Source: Deltaproteobacteria bacterium (GTDB taxonomy: Bacteria > Myxococcota > Kuafuiibacteriia > Kuafuiibacteriales > Kuafuiibacteriaceae). From it: DNA of 64,000 nucleotides. The first letter of the stretch is position 1, and each line of letters begins with the position of its first letter. The position numbers were made by a program, and so were the translations under genes. The DNA lies in contig JAVJQW010000041.1 of NCBI GenBank assembly GCA_040218735.1, forward strand, positions 320,001-384,000, read 5' to 3'. Below, piece after piece: positions 1 to 9,137 of the stretch. The notes under the pieces are model-generated. The model searched no databases. It was not told the origin of the DNA and saw only the letters and a program-made list of their open reading frames with translations.

Positions 1-526
1 TGACCAGGGACATCGGGTCGGTGAACGTGCTCGTGATGTCTTCGCGGTCGACCTGCAGGACACCCACTGCGGCGGTGCCGGCGGGACACGCGATCGCCGT
101 ATAGGTCTCGGAGCTCACATCCAAGTCTGGGTTGGCGAGCGCAGTCCGACTCGGTCCGCACAGCGGTGTGATCGCATCGACGGCCCAGCGCCCGAGCTGA
201 CGGACGCGCGTGAAGGCGACGCCGGTCATGTCGCCGCCCGGGCAGTCGAGGGTGTTGTCGGGCGTCGTGTTGTGCATCGCGTCGAAGGCGTTGAAGACTT
301 CGCGCGTCCCGGACGACGATGTGCAACGCGCCGCGACGAAGTCGGCAAAGTCCGCGTACCCGACGTTCGAAAAGCTGCGGTAGCGAAGGCCCGTGAGTGT
401 CTCGCCGGGCGCGCAGGCGAGCTCGGCACGCGGGCGCAAGTTCTCTTGCATCTCCGCCAGTACGATGGGGCGAGGAACCGCCGGGAGGACGAAGAGCACC
501 GAGGCAACGAGTGTGTTGATCATCAT
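1..526 (-). CDS. Secreted Cys-containing repeat protein (beta-prism/lectin-like), runs off the window edge
   Basis: Not in the ORF track. ATG at 526 gives MMINTLVASVLFVLPA (signal-like), then repeated C-[AP]-x-G...G motifs (CAPGETLTGL, CPGGDMTGV, CPAGTAAVGV). Frame is open to position 1. Confidence 0.6.
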   Translation of the reverse strand, partial: MMINTLVASVLFVLPAVPRPIVLAEMQENLRPRAELACAPGETLTGLRYRSFSNVGYADFADFVAARCTSSSGTREVFNAFDAMHNTTPDNTLDCPGGDMTGVAFTRVRQLGRWAVDAITPLCGPSRTALANPDLDVSSETYTAIACPAGTAAVGVLQVDREDITSTFTDPMSLV

Positions 527-570
527 GACCTACTCGGAAGGTCACGACGCCGCGAAGTGTCACGCTCGGA

Positions 571-2757
571 TCATTCGAATCGTGGCGAGCGGATCAACAT
601 CGCTTCGGCGTCGTCGTGTGCCCGGCGCGACAAGGTCCCGAACCCGTCGAACCCAAAGCACTGCGACGATCCGTCCGACCTGCGCGTGCACGCGCCGTCG
701 AGCCCGACCACGATGTCGATCGCGTTCGAGACACCGCCGATGGGCGTGGCGGGCTGCGCGGTCAGGTCCTGGTCGATCGCCGACGCCCATCGCTCGCGTC
801 CAAACCGCTCGCTTCGCTCTTCACCCCAACACACGACGGAGCCCGCGCGTCGGACGGCACACGCCCACCCGTAGCTCACGTCGATCGCAACGGCGTCGTC
901 GACGTTCGGTACTGGCGCGGGCGCTTCGGCGGTCGACGTCGATCCGCGCCCGAGATCGCCGCGGACGTTGCGACCCCAACACCACACCGCGCCGGTCTCG
1001 TAGCGTGCGCAGCCATGTTCGGCACCGAGTCGGATCTGAGCGGGGTTCGACAGCTCCGGGACGCGCACCGGCCGGTCGATCACGGGCGGTCCGCGTCCGC
1101 CGCGTCCGTCGGCCTGCCCGTAGGCGTTCGAACCCCAGCATCGGACGTTGCGTTCGACGTCGAGCGCACACGCAAACGCGCCACCGACCGCGAGCCCGAC
1201 CGCGGGCGGTACGTTTACCACGCGCGGCTCCGCACCCGACCCCCAGCACCGGACGGTACCGGTTCGCTCGAGCGCGCAGCTGAGCTGCTGCCCCACGTGG
1301 ACCTGCACCGCATCCGCGACGCCGTCGACGGCGGTCGGGGTCGCGAGCACACCGGGCGTGGGGCCCGCGCCCCCGCCGTTTCGGCCCCAGCACGAGACCG
1401 TCCCGCCTTCTTCGACGCGACACGCGGTGTCCCATCGCCCCGACAGGAACTGCGATGGGCGATCGTCGATCGGCGTAGGTTCGAGCTGAGCACCCTCCGC
1501 ATCGCGTCCGAGCCGGCCGGCCGCCGCCGCGCCCCAGCACCGGACGCGGTCGTCACGGTCCAGCCCACACGCCATCGCATCGCCGACGACGTCGGTGGAC
1601 AGACCGACGGCGTGTTCGTAGGGCGCGACGTCGTCGAGTCGAGGCTCCGTCAGCAGACCACGGCCCGCCAGCCCCCAACACTCGGCGGGTCGGCCAGGCT
1701 CCACCAGACACGTCGTCTCACCGCCGGCCGACATGCGCTCGTTCGGTCGACGTGTCCGACTCGGTGACGCCGCATCGAGCTCCAGCCACGGGAGGGGGCG
1801 CCCGAAGCAGACGAGCTCCCCGTCGGGCCGCGTCGCGCAGACGTGCGACCGGCCGGCCACGACGTCGGTCCACGGTCCTTCGTCGGGCGGGTGAAGGTCC
1901 GCGCCGCCGAAGCAGTCGAGCGCCCCCTCGCGAAGGAGACACGTGAACCCGACTCCGGCGACGACGCGATCGATTCGTGGCGAACCTCCGTGGACCACGA
2001 CGCCGAGCGCGTCGCCGCTGCCGCCCTTGCCCGCGACGTCGGAACCCCAGCACGCGACCTCACCGTCGCGCAGCAGGCAGCCGTGGCCCCAACCGAGCGC
2101 GACCTCGTCTGCGGTCGGTCGCACGGCGGCGGGAGCGTCCAGGAAGCCCCAGCCGAGCTGGCGCTCTCGGTTGTCGCCCCAACAGTGCACGTGGCCCGTG
2201 GATGCGGTCGCACACGCGCTCAGGTAGCCGGTCGCGATCGACATGGGCTCGAAACCGTCCGGCAAGGGAACTTGCACCGGCGTGGCCGACGACGGGACGC
2301 TGCGGTCACCGATCTGCCCCGTTGGGTTGTCGCCCCAGCACCACACCTCGCCGCCCCCCGTACGAGCGCACGCGAAGGTCCCCTTCATCGCCAGCTCGAC
2401 GACGTCGTCCAACGCGTCCAGCAACACGGGTTGCGATGCGATGCGGACGTCGTCCACGCCGAGCGAGTAGCCGACGTTCCAACCCCAGCAACTCACCCGC
2501 CCATCGGACCACCTCGCACAGGCGCTGAGCTGGCCGACCGCGACGTCCACGGGACCGACGCATTCGCCGTCGATGGCGCGATACCCGTCGTCGCAGACCA
2601 CGACGCCGCAGTCGGAGGTCGGCGAGACGCAGACTCCCTCCACGCAGGCGAGCCCGCTGCCGCACGTTCGTTCGCACGGTTCGCAGAGCAGCGGTGCGTA
2701 GAGCGTGCAGGCGCTGGCGCTCATCACCGTGGCGACGATGATCAGTCGCGTGTCCAC
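571..2757 (-). CDS. RCC1-repeat beta-propeller protein with Cys-rich N-terminus, probable lipoprotein
   Basis: Many 'CA...G.V.CWG.N..GQ.G' RCC1 repeats. GTG start at 2757 gives a hydrophobic leader ending SASAC, followed by an EGF-like Cys cluster. Confidence 0.85.
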   Translation of the reverse strand: MDTRLIIVATVMSASACTLYAPLLCEPCERTCGSGLACVEGVCVSPTSDCGVVVCDDGYRAIDGECVGPVDVAVGQLSACARWSDGRVSCWGWNVGYSLGVDDVRIASQPVLLDALDDVVELAMKGTFACARTGGGEVWCWGDNPTGQIGDRSVPSSATPVQVPLPDGFEPMSIATGYLSACATASTGHVHCWGDNRERQLGWGFLDAPAAVRPTADEVALGWGHGCLLRDGEVACWGSDVAGKGGSGDALGVVVHGGSPRIDRVVAGVGFTCLLREGALDCFGGADLHPPDEGPWTDVVAGRSHVCATRPDGELVCFGRPLPWLELDAASPSRTRRPNERMSAGGETTCLVEPGRPAECWGLAGRGLLTEPRLDDVAPYEHAVGLSTDVVGDAMACGLDRDDRVRCWGAAAAGRLGRDAEGAQLEPTPIDDRPSQFLSGRWDTACRVEEGGTVSCWGRNGGGAGPTPGVLATPTAVDGVADAVQVHVGQQLSCALERTGTVRCWGSGAEPRVVNVPPAVGLAVGGAFACALDVERNVRCWGSNAYGQADGRGGRGPPVIDRPVRVPELSNPAQIRLGAEHGCARYETGAVWCWGRNVRGDLGRGSTSTAEAPAPVPNVDDAVAIDVSYGWACAVRRAGSVVCWGEERSERFGRERWASAIDQDLTAQPATPIGGVSNAIDIVVGLDGACTRRSDGSSQCFGFDGFGTLSRRAHDDAEAMLIRSPRFE

Positions 2758-4238
2758 GCTTCGTCCTCCGCTCGTTCGGTGCGTCCCAGCCACGCGTTCA
2801 GTGCGGCGGTGACGAGCAGGCTCCCGCCCACGCTCAGGCCGATGGCCATCGCGGTGCGATAGCTCTCGGCGTCGGCTCGCGCCGGCTCCGTCTGGTCCGT
2901 GACGGGCCGGCGGTTGGCGGCGGCGCGCCGGTCGACGAACAGCCCGGCGAAGACGCTGCCGACCGCGACCGCCGCAACCCCGGTTGCGCCGAGCCCGATG
3001 GTGAGCGGGTCTTGCGTCCAACTCCTCGGTGCGTCCCGTGGGGGCGGCGCGAAGCGAATCCGTCGCGCCGCCTCCATCCCGGACACGAACTCGGAGGTCA
3101 GCGGACGCCGGAAGAGATTGATCCGGAAGTCGTCGTCGATCGCACCACGGGCCGCGAGCACTGCGTCGCCGTCCGTCGCGCGCGTGAACGCCAGTCGGCC
3201 CTCGTCGATCGCGGGCGCGAAGCGCGCTCCTTCGATCTCCAGCGTCGGTAACCCACCGCGCGGCGCCATGAGCGTCAACGTCTGTCCGGCGGGTTTGTTT
3301 GCGTCGAGCAGCGGAAAACCGAGCCCGTCGTAGACACGAAGCCGACCGCCGAGGTGCGACGGAACCACGACGCGCTCGCGCGGCGCGAGCTCGCGGAGGT
3401 CGACGAGTGGATGCTCGTTCGGCGTCGGCCGGCGGACGAACGGGCGAATGCGCGCGCGCGGATTCACGACGTCGAGGTTCGCGGCGACCACGTACGCCTG
3501 CATCTCCGCGTATGAGACCCGGCCATCCCCGTCGACGTCGGCGGCGCCCTGCAGGGCACCGAGGAGCTGGTAGCTGAACACTCCGGCGCGATAGCCGGAC
3601 CACTCGTGGACCTCGCGGCGATCCGAAGTCGAGAGGACGAAGCCGACGTCGGGGTGTTGGTCGAGCGCGGCGATGGGCTCGGCTTTGACGCGGCCGCGCG
3701 CGTTCACGAGGAAGTAGGAGTGGCACGAGTCGATGATCACGTGCATCCGTTCGCGCGGGATGCGCGCGAGGATTCGTTCGTAGACGTCGGTGCGGTGGAA
3801 AGGACCGTCGAGCAGGTGCAGGTACGCCGACGCCGCATCCACCGAACCGTGGCCGGAGAAGTAGACGTAGACCTCGCGGGGCGCGGGGGTCTCTTCCAGT
3901 CGCTCGATGAGGCGATCGATCGCGCGCTCCAGCTCGTCGCGGCGCGGAGGCTTCGCGCGGCGGACGGCCGCGCCGAAGCGATCGACCGTGTCGTCGTCGG
4001 CGGTGACGAGCAACTCCACGTGGGCGCCGAAGCGCTCCAGGAATGCGGCGAAGCGCAACGCGTCGTCGTCCGCGTAGCGCAACGGTTCGTACGCGCTCCC
4101 GGGGACCGGGCGGTTGTTGCCGACGACGAGCCCGAAGCGATGGACGCTCGGAGCCTCGGGAGCGGACATCCGCATCGCGGTGCTCGAAGTCGTCGTGGTG
4201 GCCGTGGCGACGGCGGCGCCGAGGAGGAGCGGGATCAT
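2742..4238 (-). CDS. Caspase-family (peptidase C14) protein, exported, with C-terminal membrane anchor
   Basis: Catalytic motifs YFSGHG and IIDSCHS. Also LRYADDDA and GAADVDGDGRVS, an N-terminal hydrophobic leader and two C-terminal hydrophobic helices. Confidence 0.88.
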   Translation of the reverse strand: MIPLLLGAAVATATTTTSSTAMRMSAPEAPSVHRFGLVVGNNRPVPGSAYEPLRYADDDALRFAAFLERFGAHVELLVTADDDTVDRFGAAVRRAKPPRRDELERAIDRLIERLEETPAPREVYVYFSGHGSVDAASAYLHLLDGPFHRTDVYERILARIPRERMHVIIDSCHSYFLVNARGRVKAEPIAALDQHPDVGFVLSTSDRREVHEWSGYRAGVFSYQLLGALQGAADVDGDGRVSYAEMQAYVVAANLDVVNPRARIRPFVRRPTPNEHPLVDLRELAPRERVVVPSHLGGRLRVYDGLGFPLLDANKPAGQTLTLMAPRGGLPTLEIEGARFAPAIDEGRLAFTRATDGDAVLAARGAIDDDFRINLFRRPLTSEFVSGMEAARRIRFAPPPRDAPRSWTQDPLTIGLGATGVAAVAVGSVFAGLFVDRRAAANRRPVTDQTEPARADAESYRTAMAIGLSVGGSLLVTAALNAWLGRTERAEDEAWTRD

Positions 4239-4999
4239 GGTGTGGCCTCCTTCACCGTCAGCCGGCGCACGACGGTCGACGGTGTGTCGTCGACCCGTCC
4301 GGACTTCAGTCGACTCGCGAGCGCGACCGGATCGACGTCGAAGCCGGCCGCGATCGTGAGTGCTCCCGCGCGGTGTTCTGCGTCGAGCACGATGTCGTAT
4401 GGCAAACGAACGTTCACGGCGTCCTTGCCGCTCTTCAGCTCCTGCGCCGGGTCGCCGGTCTTCTCGGGGTAGAACCAGTGCACGCGCGCTCCATCGTAGG
4501 CGAGCACGGTGATCGTCTTGGCCGCGCCCGTCACGTTGCCGTAGCGGAACCCGAGGCGCGCGCCGAGCGTGACGGTGTGCCCGTCTTCGGCGACGCGCCA
4601 GCCGTCTGCGCCTTTGGCGAGGATGGCGACGGTGGGCGCCGCGAAGTCTCGTGTTTCATCGCCGCGCGCCTGAAGGTCGTCGGGCGATCGCGCCACCACG
4701 AAGACCAGCCCGGCGAGCGCTGCGGCGGCCAGCGACAACGGGACGGGTCGCCACCACCGGGACCACCACGGCTCGGCCTCAGGCTCGGGGCGCGCGGGGA
4801 TGGTTTCGAGCAGGGAGCCGGCGACGGCCCGGCACGCGCCACACCGGCCGAGGTGCCCAAGCTCCTGAGGGTCGAGCACCTCCGCGGCATCGACGAGCTT
4901 CGCGAACCGCGCGTCGTCGATGTGCGGACCTTCGGCCTCGCGGTCGTCGTCGAGAACGTCGGGCGCGTTTGCCTCGAGCCACTCTTGCAAGCTGTTCAC
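4235..4999 (-). CDS. Zinc-finger (HxxxCxxC) transmembrane anti-sigma factor with extracytoplasmic domain
   Basis: HLGRCGAC motif and a TM segment (LSLAAAALAGLVFVV). GTG start overlaps the ECF stop; its own stop overlaps the caspase ATG. Confidence 0.75.
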   Translation of the reverse strand: MNSLQEWLEANAPDVLDDDREAEGPHIDDARFAKLVDAAEVLDPQELGHLGRCGACRAVAGSLLETIPARPEPEAEPWWSRWWRPVPLSLAAAALAGLVFVVARSPDDLQARGDETRDFAAPTVAILAKGADGWRVAEDGHTVTLGARLGFRYGNVTGAAKTITVLAYDGARVHWFYPEKTGDPAQELKSGKDAVNVRLPYDIVLDAEHRAGALTIAAGFDVDPVALASRLKSGRVDDTPSTVVRRLTVKEATP

Positions 5000-5577
5000 G
5001 GCCAGACTCCTTTCAGCGCCTTCTGCAGTCGTTCGAGGAGACGCTTCTTCCGCATGCGAACGGCCGACGGCTTGAGACCGAGCACCTGCGCGGCGGCGGT
5101 CGCGTTCGAGCCCTGTTCGAACACCAGCCCGACGAGCGCGCGGTCGCGGTCGTCGAGGGTCTCGATCACGGTGCGCACGCGCCGTCGAAGGTCCTCGCGC
5201 ACCGCGGCGTCCTCGGGTGAGGCTCCGGGGTGAGGTTGCTCGTCGGGCACCTCGCCGCGCTCCTCCTTGTCGTGGGCCGCGATGCGTTTCACCTCCGCAT
5301 AGAAGTGGCGCGTCGCCACCGCACGGATCCACGTCTTGAGCTGCGCGTCCCCGCGGAAGGTGCGAAGGACGGCGAAGTCGTCACGGACGAGGTGCAGCTC
5401 CAGCCCTTGGAGCAGGTCCTCCCGGTGCACAACGGCTTCGCGCCACTGCACGAGGAGGCGGTCGAGCGAGCGCGCGATCGGCTGCTCGAGCTGCGCGCGG
5501 AGCCGTCCGAACGCGCCGGCTTCACCCTCCACCACCGCTCGGACCAGCGCCAGGTCCTGCTGGCGAGCCTCATCCAT
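4996..5577 (-). CDS. ECF-type RNA polymerase sigma factor
   Basis: Region 2 'LRTFRGDAQLKTWIRAVA' and region 4 'AAAQVLGLKPSAVRMRKKR'. ATG at 5577. Confidence 0.88.
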   Translation of the reverse strand: MDEARQQDLALVRAVVEGEAGAFGRLRAQLEQPIARSLDRLLVQWREAVVHREDLLQGLELHLVRDDFAVLRTFRGDAQLKTWIRAVATRHFYAEVKRIAAHDKEERGEVPDEQPHPGASPEDAAVREDLRRRVRTVIETLDDRDRALVGLVFEQGSNATAAAQVLGLKPSAVRMRKKRLLERLQKALKGVWP

Positions 5578-5647
5578 CCGCTCCCGCGACTCGATAACAC
5601 GAGTCGCGGCTGGGAAGGACCGAGAGGTCGACGTCGCACGTTCCGGC

Positions 5648-7759
5648 TCAGCGGAGAACGAGGGTTGTCGTGGTCGTACCGAGATCAATGGGACAGGCCA
5701 GCTCGTAGGAATCATCGTCGTCGAGTTGCATCTCGAGCACCGCAACGCACTGCTCGGGACCGTAGGAGGCGGCGCTCTGAGGCGCGCTGAGCACGTCCCA
5801 CGGGGCGAGCGCACCGCCGGTGTTGAGGCGTCCGATCGTCACGTCCTCGCGGACGCAGTAGAGGTCGTCGAGGCCGTCGCCGTTCAGGTCGGTGGTGCCG
5901 AGCGCGATGCAGGCGTCGAGATCGATCTGCGTGGTCTGACCGGCGTAGCTCCACGCGCCGAAGGCGAACGAGTTGCCGCTCTGTACATAGCTACGGGTGT
6001 AGCCGAGCCAGTCCTCGAGGACGCAAAGGAGGTCGGGCGTCGCATCCGCGTCGTAGTGGAGCCGTTCGAGCAGCCGGCAGTCGGCGAGTGAGAAGTCGTA
6101 CGTGGTCCCGCTCGCGAGCGTCCAAGCGCCGAACCCGAACGTTCCCCCGAGTTGCACGAAGGTTCGATGGAACGACGCGTACTGGTAGGGGCAGACGAGG
6201 TCGGCGCGTCCGTCGCCGTTCACGTCCGCGACCTCGATCGCCTGACAGAGGGACGGGTTGAACGTGCCGGCGTGGTACGGCCCGTAGACACCCCAGCCGG
6301 ACCAGCCGGTGGAGAACGACAACTGCACGTACGTCTGCGTGTTCGCGCCGCCGAAGTCGCGGACGCAGACGAGGTCCGGGTAGCCGTTGTCATCGACGTC
6401 CGCGACGTCGAGTGATCGGCATTGGTCGAGGGTGAGCGTCATGAACGACGTCTGGCCGCGCAGGTGCCAGGACGTGAAGCCGTTGGGGCCGCCGAGCTGG
6501 ACGAAGGTCCGCGTCGAGGTGCTGTAGTCGTACGGGCAGACGAGGTCCTCCCAGCCGTCGAGGTTCACGTCCGCGACTTCGATCGTCTGGCAGTTGTTCA
6601 CGTTGAACTGCGACTGCCACGGGCTCGCGGTGGTGAAGCTCTCGAACGCGGTCGGCCACGTGCGCTTTCGGACGAAGGTCTGCGCGGAGGCGTTGCCGTA
6701 GTCGTAGACGCAGACGAGGTCGTCGCGCGTTCCGCCGGTGGTGTTCGCGGCGAGGAAGTGGCAACGCGAGACGTCGAACCACTGGTCGCCGCTCTCGATC
6801 TGCCAGCTCGACAGGAGCGCGGGTTCTTCGGAGTCGAGCCGCGCGTCTTCGTCGAGGTCGTTCTCCCGGACGAAGCGCCACACCTCACCACCGCGGTTGA
6901 ACGAACCGCCCTGGTGCCGTTGTTCGCTGAGGATGCCGACGACCTCTCCCGTGAGGCGGTGGAAAACGGGAGCACCGGACGATCCGGGCATCCCGTCGCA
7001 GTTCATGTTGAAGCCGTGGCGGCCGTCCCACTCGGCGTCGTCGTTGCTCACGTCGCACTTGTCGAAGCGGTTCACGTTCTGCCCGAAGCCACCGGGGGAG
7101 AGGAGGCGGTAGAGGCCGCCCGTCGCGGAGCCCGAGCAGGTCCCGGTGGCGTTGTAGTCCCAGTACGGCCCGACGCCGCCCCAACGACTACAGCCGGTCG
7201 ACCACTCGTCGCATCGGCAGTTCACGCTGATCTGAAACAGCCGGTCGTCGTTGTTCGGCGCCGTTCGCGCGAGCCGCACCGGCGCGATGCCGTAGTCACC
7301 CGGGAGGTTGCCTAGGCCGTCGGGCGAGCAGCGGAACGTCACGACGTCGGCGCGATAGTCGGAGTGGATGGGCCCGAAACACCCGAACTGCCGAGGCTGC
7401 GCCGTGTCCCAGAGGAACGTGAACATCGGGTTCGGGGTCTGGAGGTTGCCGTTGTCGTCGTAGACGCAATGGTGCGCGGTCATGACCAGCGCCTCATCGA
7501 CGAGGAAGCCGGTGCAGCGGCCCGACGCCACGCCGACCAACGCGACGGCGTCGGCGGCGTCGATCGCGTTGCGAACATCGTTGGCGGGGAAGAGGTTGTA
7601 GGCCGGGTCGCTGGCGTAGGTGTGCAGCACGACCGCGTCCCAGTCCTCGTCGTGCTCGATGAGCGAGGATGCGGTCTGGTCGACGTCGGGCGGGGCCTCA
7701 CCGCAGCCGGCGAAGAGGCCGACGGCGAGGGCAAGAAGGGGCAGTCGGAAGCGAATCAT
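5648..7759 (-). CDS. Trypsin-like serine protease lipoprotein with C-terminal FG-GAP/VCBS-like propeller
   Basis: Lipobox LFAGC, catalytic TAHHC...D...GSSGAPV, and about seven DxxxDGxxDLxC repeats. Confidence 0.85.
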   Translation of the reverse strand: MIRFRLPLLALAVGLFAGCGEAPPDVDQTASSLIEHDEDWDAVVLHTYASDPAYNLFPANDVRNAIDAADAVALVGVASGRCTGFLVDEALVMTAHHCVYDDNGNLQTPNPMFTFLWDTAQPRQFGCFGPIHSDYRADVVTFRCSPDGLGNLPGDYGIAPVRLARTAPNNDDRLFQISVNCRCDEWSTGCSRWGGVGPYWDYNATGTCSGSATGGLYRLLSPGGFGQNVNRFDKCDVSNDDAEWDGRHGFNMNCDGMPGSSGAPVFHRLTGEVVGILSEQRHQGGSFNRGGEVWRFVRENDLDEDARLDSEEPALLSSWQIESGDQWFDVSRCHFLAANTTGGTRDDLVCVYDYGNASAQTFVRKRTWPTAFESFTTASPWQSQFNVNNCQTIEVADVNLDGWEDLVCPYDYSTSTRTFVQLGGPNGFTSWHLRGQTSFMTLTLDQCRSLDVADVDDNGYPDLVCVRDFGGANTQTYVQLSFSTGWSGWGVYGPYHAGTFNPSLCQAIEVADVNGDGRADLVCPYQYASFHRTFVQLGGTFGFGAWTLASGTTYDFSLADCRLLERLHYDADATPDLLCVLEDWLGYTRSYVQSGNSFAFGAWSYAGQTTQIDLDACIALGTTDLNGDGLDDLYCVREDVTIGRLNTGGALAPWDVLSAPQSAASYGPEQCVAVLEMQLDDDDSYELACPIDLGTTTTTLVLR

Positions 7760-7838
7760 GGGGATACCTCACGGCGGACGTCCTCGCGCGGACGTCCTCG
7801 ACGTTGGCTCCCTCAGAAGGGCCCCGCGGTCTCGAGTG

Positions 7839-8741
7839 TCACAACGCGGATGACTTTTCTCGTCGCTGCTCGACGCACGCGACGAAGAAGTCGATGAACG
7901 CGCGCACCTTCGGCTCCACGTACGCGCGGTTCGCGTGCACGAGGCTCACGCGCTCGCGGCGGCCGACGGTGTCGGGCAGCACGTGGACCAGGGCGCCGCT
8001 CGCGAGGTGCACGGCGGCGCTGTGTTTCGAGACCAGCGCGACGCCCAGGCCGGCGCGCGCGGCTTCGATGTTCAGGCCCATCTCGCTGGTCCGGAGGCGG
8101 CCGGCGACGCCGATGGTCGTGCCGTCGCGGAGAGGCCACTGCAGATCGGTGGCGCGGCCCGAGTGGTACGTCGCGATGCAGTCGTGGTTCGCGAGCGCCT
8201 CCGGGTCCTCCGGGGCGCCGGCCGTTTCGAGGTACGCGGGGGAGGCGACGGCGATCGACTCGTCGAAGACGAGTGTCCTCACGATGAGGGATCCGTCTTC
8301 GATGTCGCCGCGTCGCAACGCGACGTCGAAGCGCGCCGCGATCAGATCGACGGGGGTGCTGCTCGCGACGAGCTCCATCCGCACCTCCGAATGGCGCGCG
8401 AGGAAGTCGACCATCCACTCCGCGAACGTCGGCGGGAGCGCGGTGGGGACCGAGACGCGGAGGAGGCCGCGCGGCACGCCGTCGAGGCGCTGGACCTCCG
8501 CCTCGGCGGCGCGCGCGGACTCGACGACGCGGCTCGCCTTCTCGTAGAGCAGCGCGCCCGCGCGGGTGAGTGTGAGGCGCCGCGTCGTACGGTGGAGGAG
8601 GCGTGCGCCGAGGCGCTCTTCGAGCCGCGCGAGCCGTCGGCTCAACGTCGGTCGCGGCAGCCCCAACACGTCGGCGGCGCCCGTGACGCTGCCGACGTCG
8701 ACGATCGCGACGAACTCTTCGAATCCCTCGGCGAGGCTCAC
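7839..8741 (-). CDS. LysR-family transcriptional regulator (CrgA/DmlR-like)
   Basis: HTH 'GSVTGAADVLGLPRPTLSRRLARLEERLGARLLHRTTRRLTLT' and C-terminal 'PKVRAFIDF'. GTG at 8741 is the likely start. Confidence 0.92.
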   Translation of the reverse strand: MSLAEGFEEFVAIVDVGSVTGAADVLGLPRPTLSRRLARLEERLGARLLHRTTRRLTLTRAGALLYEKASRVVESARAAEAEVQRLDGVPRGLLRVSVPTALPPTFAEWMVDFLARHSEVRMELVASSTPVDLIAARFDVALRRGDIEDGSLIVRTLVFDESIAVASPAYLETAGAPEDPEALANHDCIATYHSGRATDLQWPLRDGTTIGVAGRLRTSEMGLNIEAARAGLGVALVSKHSAAVHLASGALVHVLPDTVGRRERVSLVHANRAYVEPKVRAFIDFFVACVEQRREKSSAL

Positions 8742-8760
8742 TCGTAGCAAAAAGTATCAA

Positions 8761-9012
8761 ATGATGCTCGATCTGAGGGCCTTATCGCGACGAATCGACT
8801 CGGGGCGCCTGCGCGAGTGGGCGTTCGCGGGGTTCTTCTTCGACCTCACGGGCGCCGCGTACCTGCACGTGATGGCCGGTGACTTCGCGGGCGCGCCTCC
8901 CGCGATCGTGCTCACCGCGCTCCTGGTCGCGACGTACCTGATCGGAGCGAAGGCCGCCGCGCCCGCGGACGTGAACGCCGCGCCGGGCGCGCTCCAGGCG
9001 AGCGGTGCGTGA
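8761..9012 (+). pseudogene. 5'-truncated DoxX-like membrane protein fragment
   Basis: 'RLREWAFAGFFFDLTGAAYLH..AGD' matches the C-terminal half of DoxX_2 proteins. The N-terminal helices are missing and only ~20 bp separate it from the LysR start. Confidence 0.6.
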
Positions 9013-9137
9013 AGCGATCGAAGTTGTGACCGGCGCGTCGGTCACTCTCGACGCGTGTGTTCGCGACCGTGCGTGTGATCGCCGCCGTCCACTTTCCGGT
9101 GGCCGATCCCGTTCGCGCGGGGCATGGTCGGCGCAGC

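Noticed and set aside
2758-3726. N-terminal extension of the 1051-aa ORF, and similar extensions of ORFs 22339..23874, 26997..29666, 33361..35148, 46726..48330 and 55568..57148
   Set aside because: These are Arg/Pro-rich out-of-frame overlaps with real neighbouring genes, typical of high-GC DNA. Later starts give signal peptides or coupled overlaps.
8781-8790. A further sigma28-like -10 upstream of LysR (minus strand CGCGATAA)
   Set aside because: It mismatches the CCGATAA core, has no GCA(A/C)C at the expected spacing, and sits in a deletion scar.
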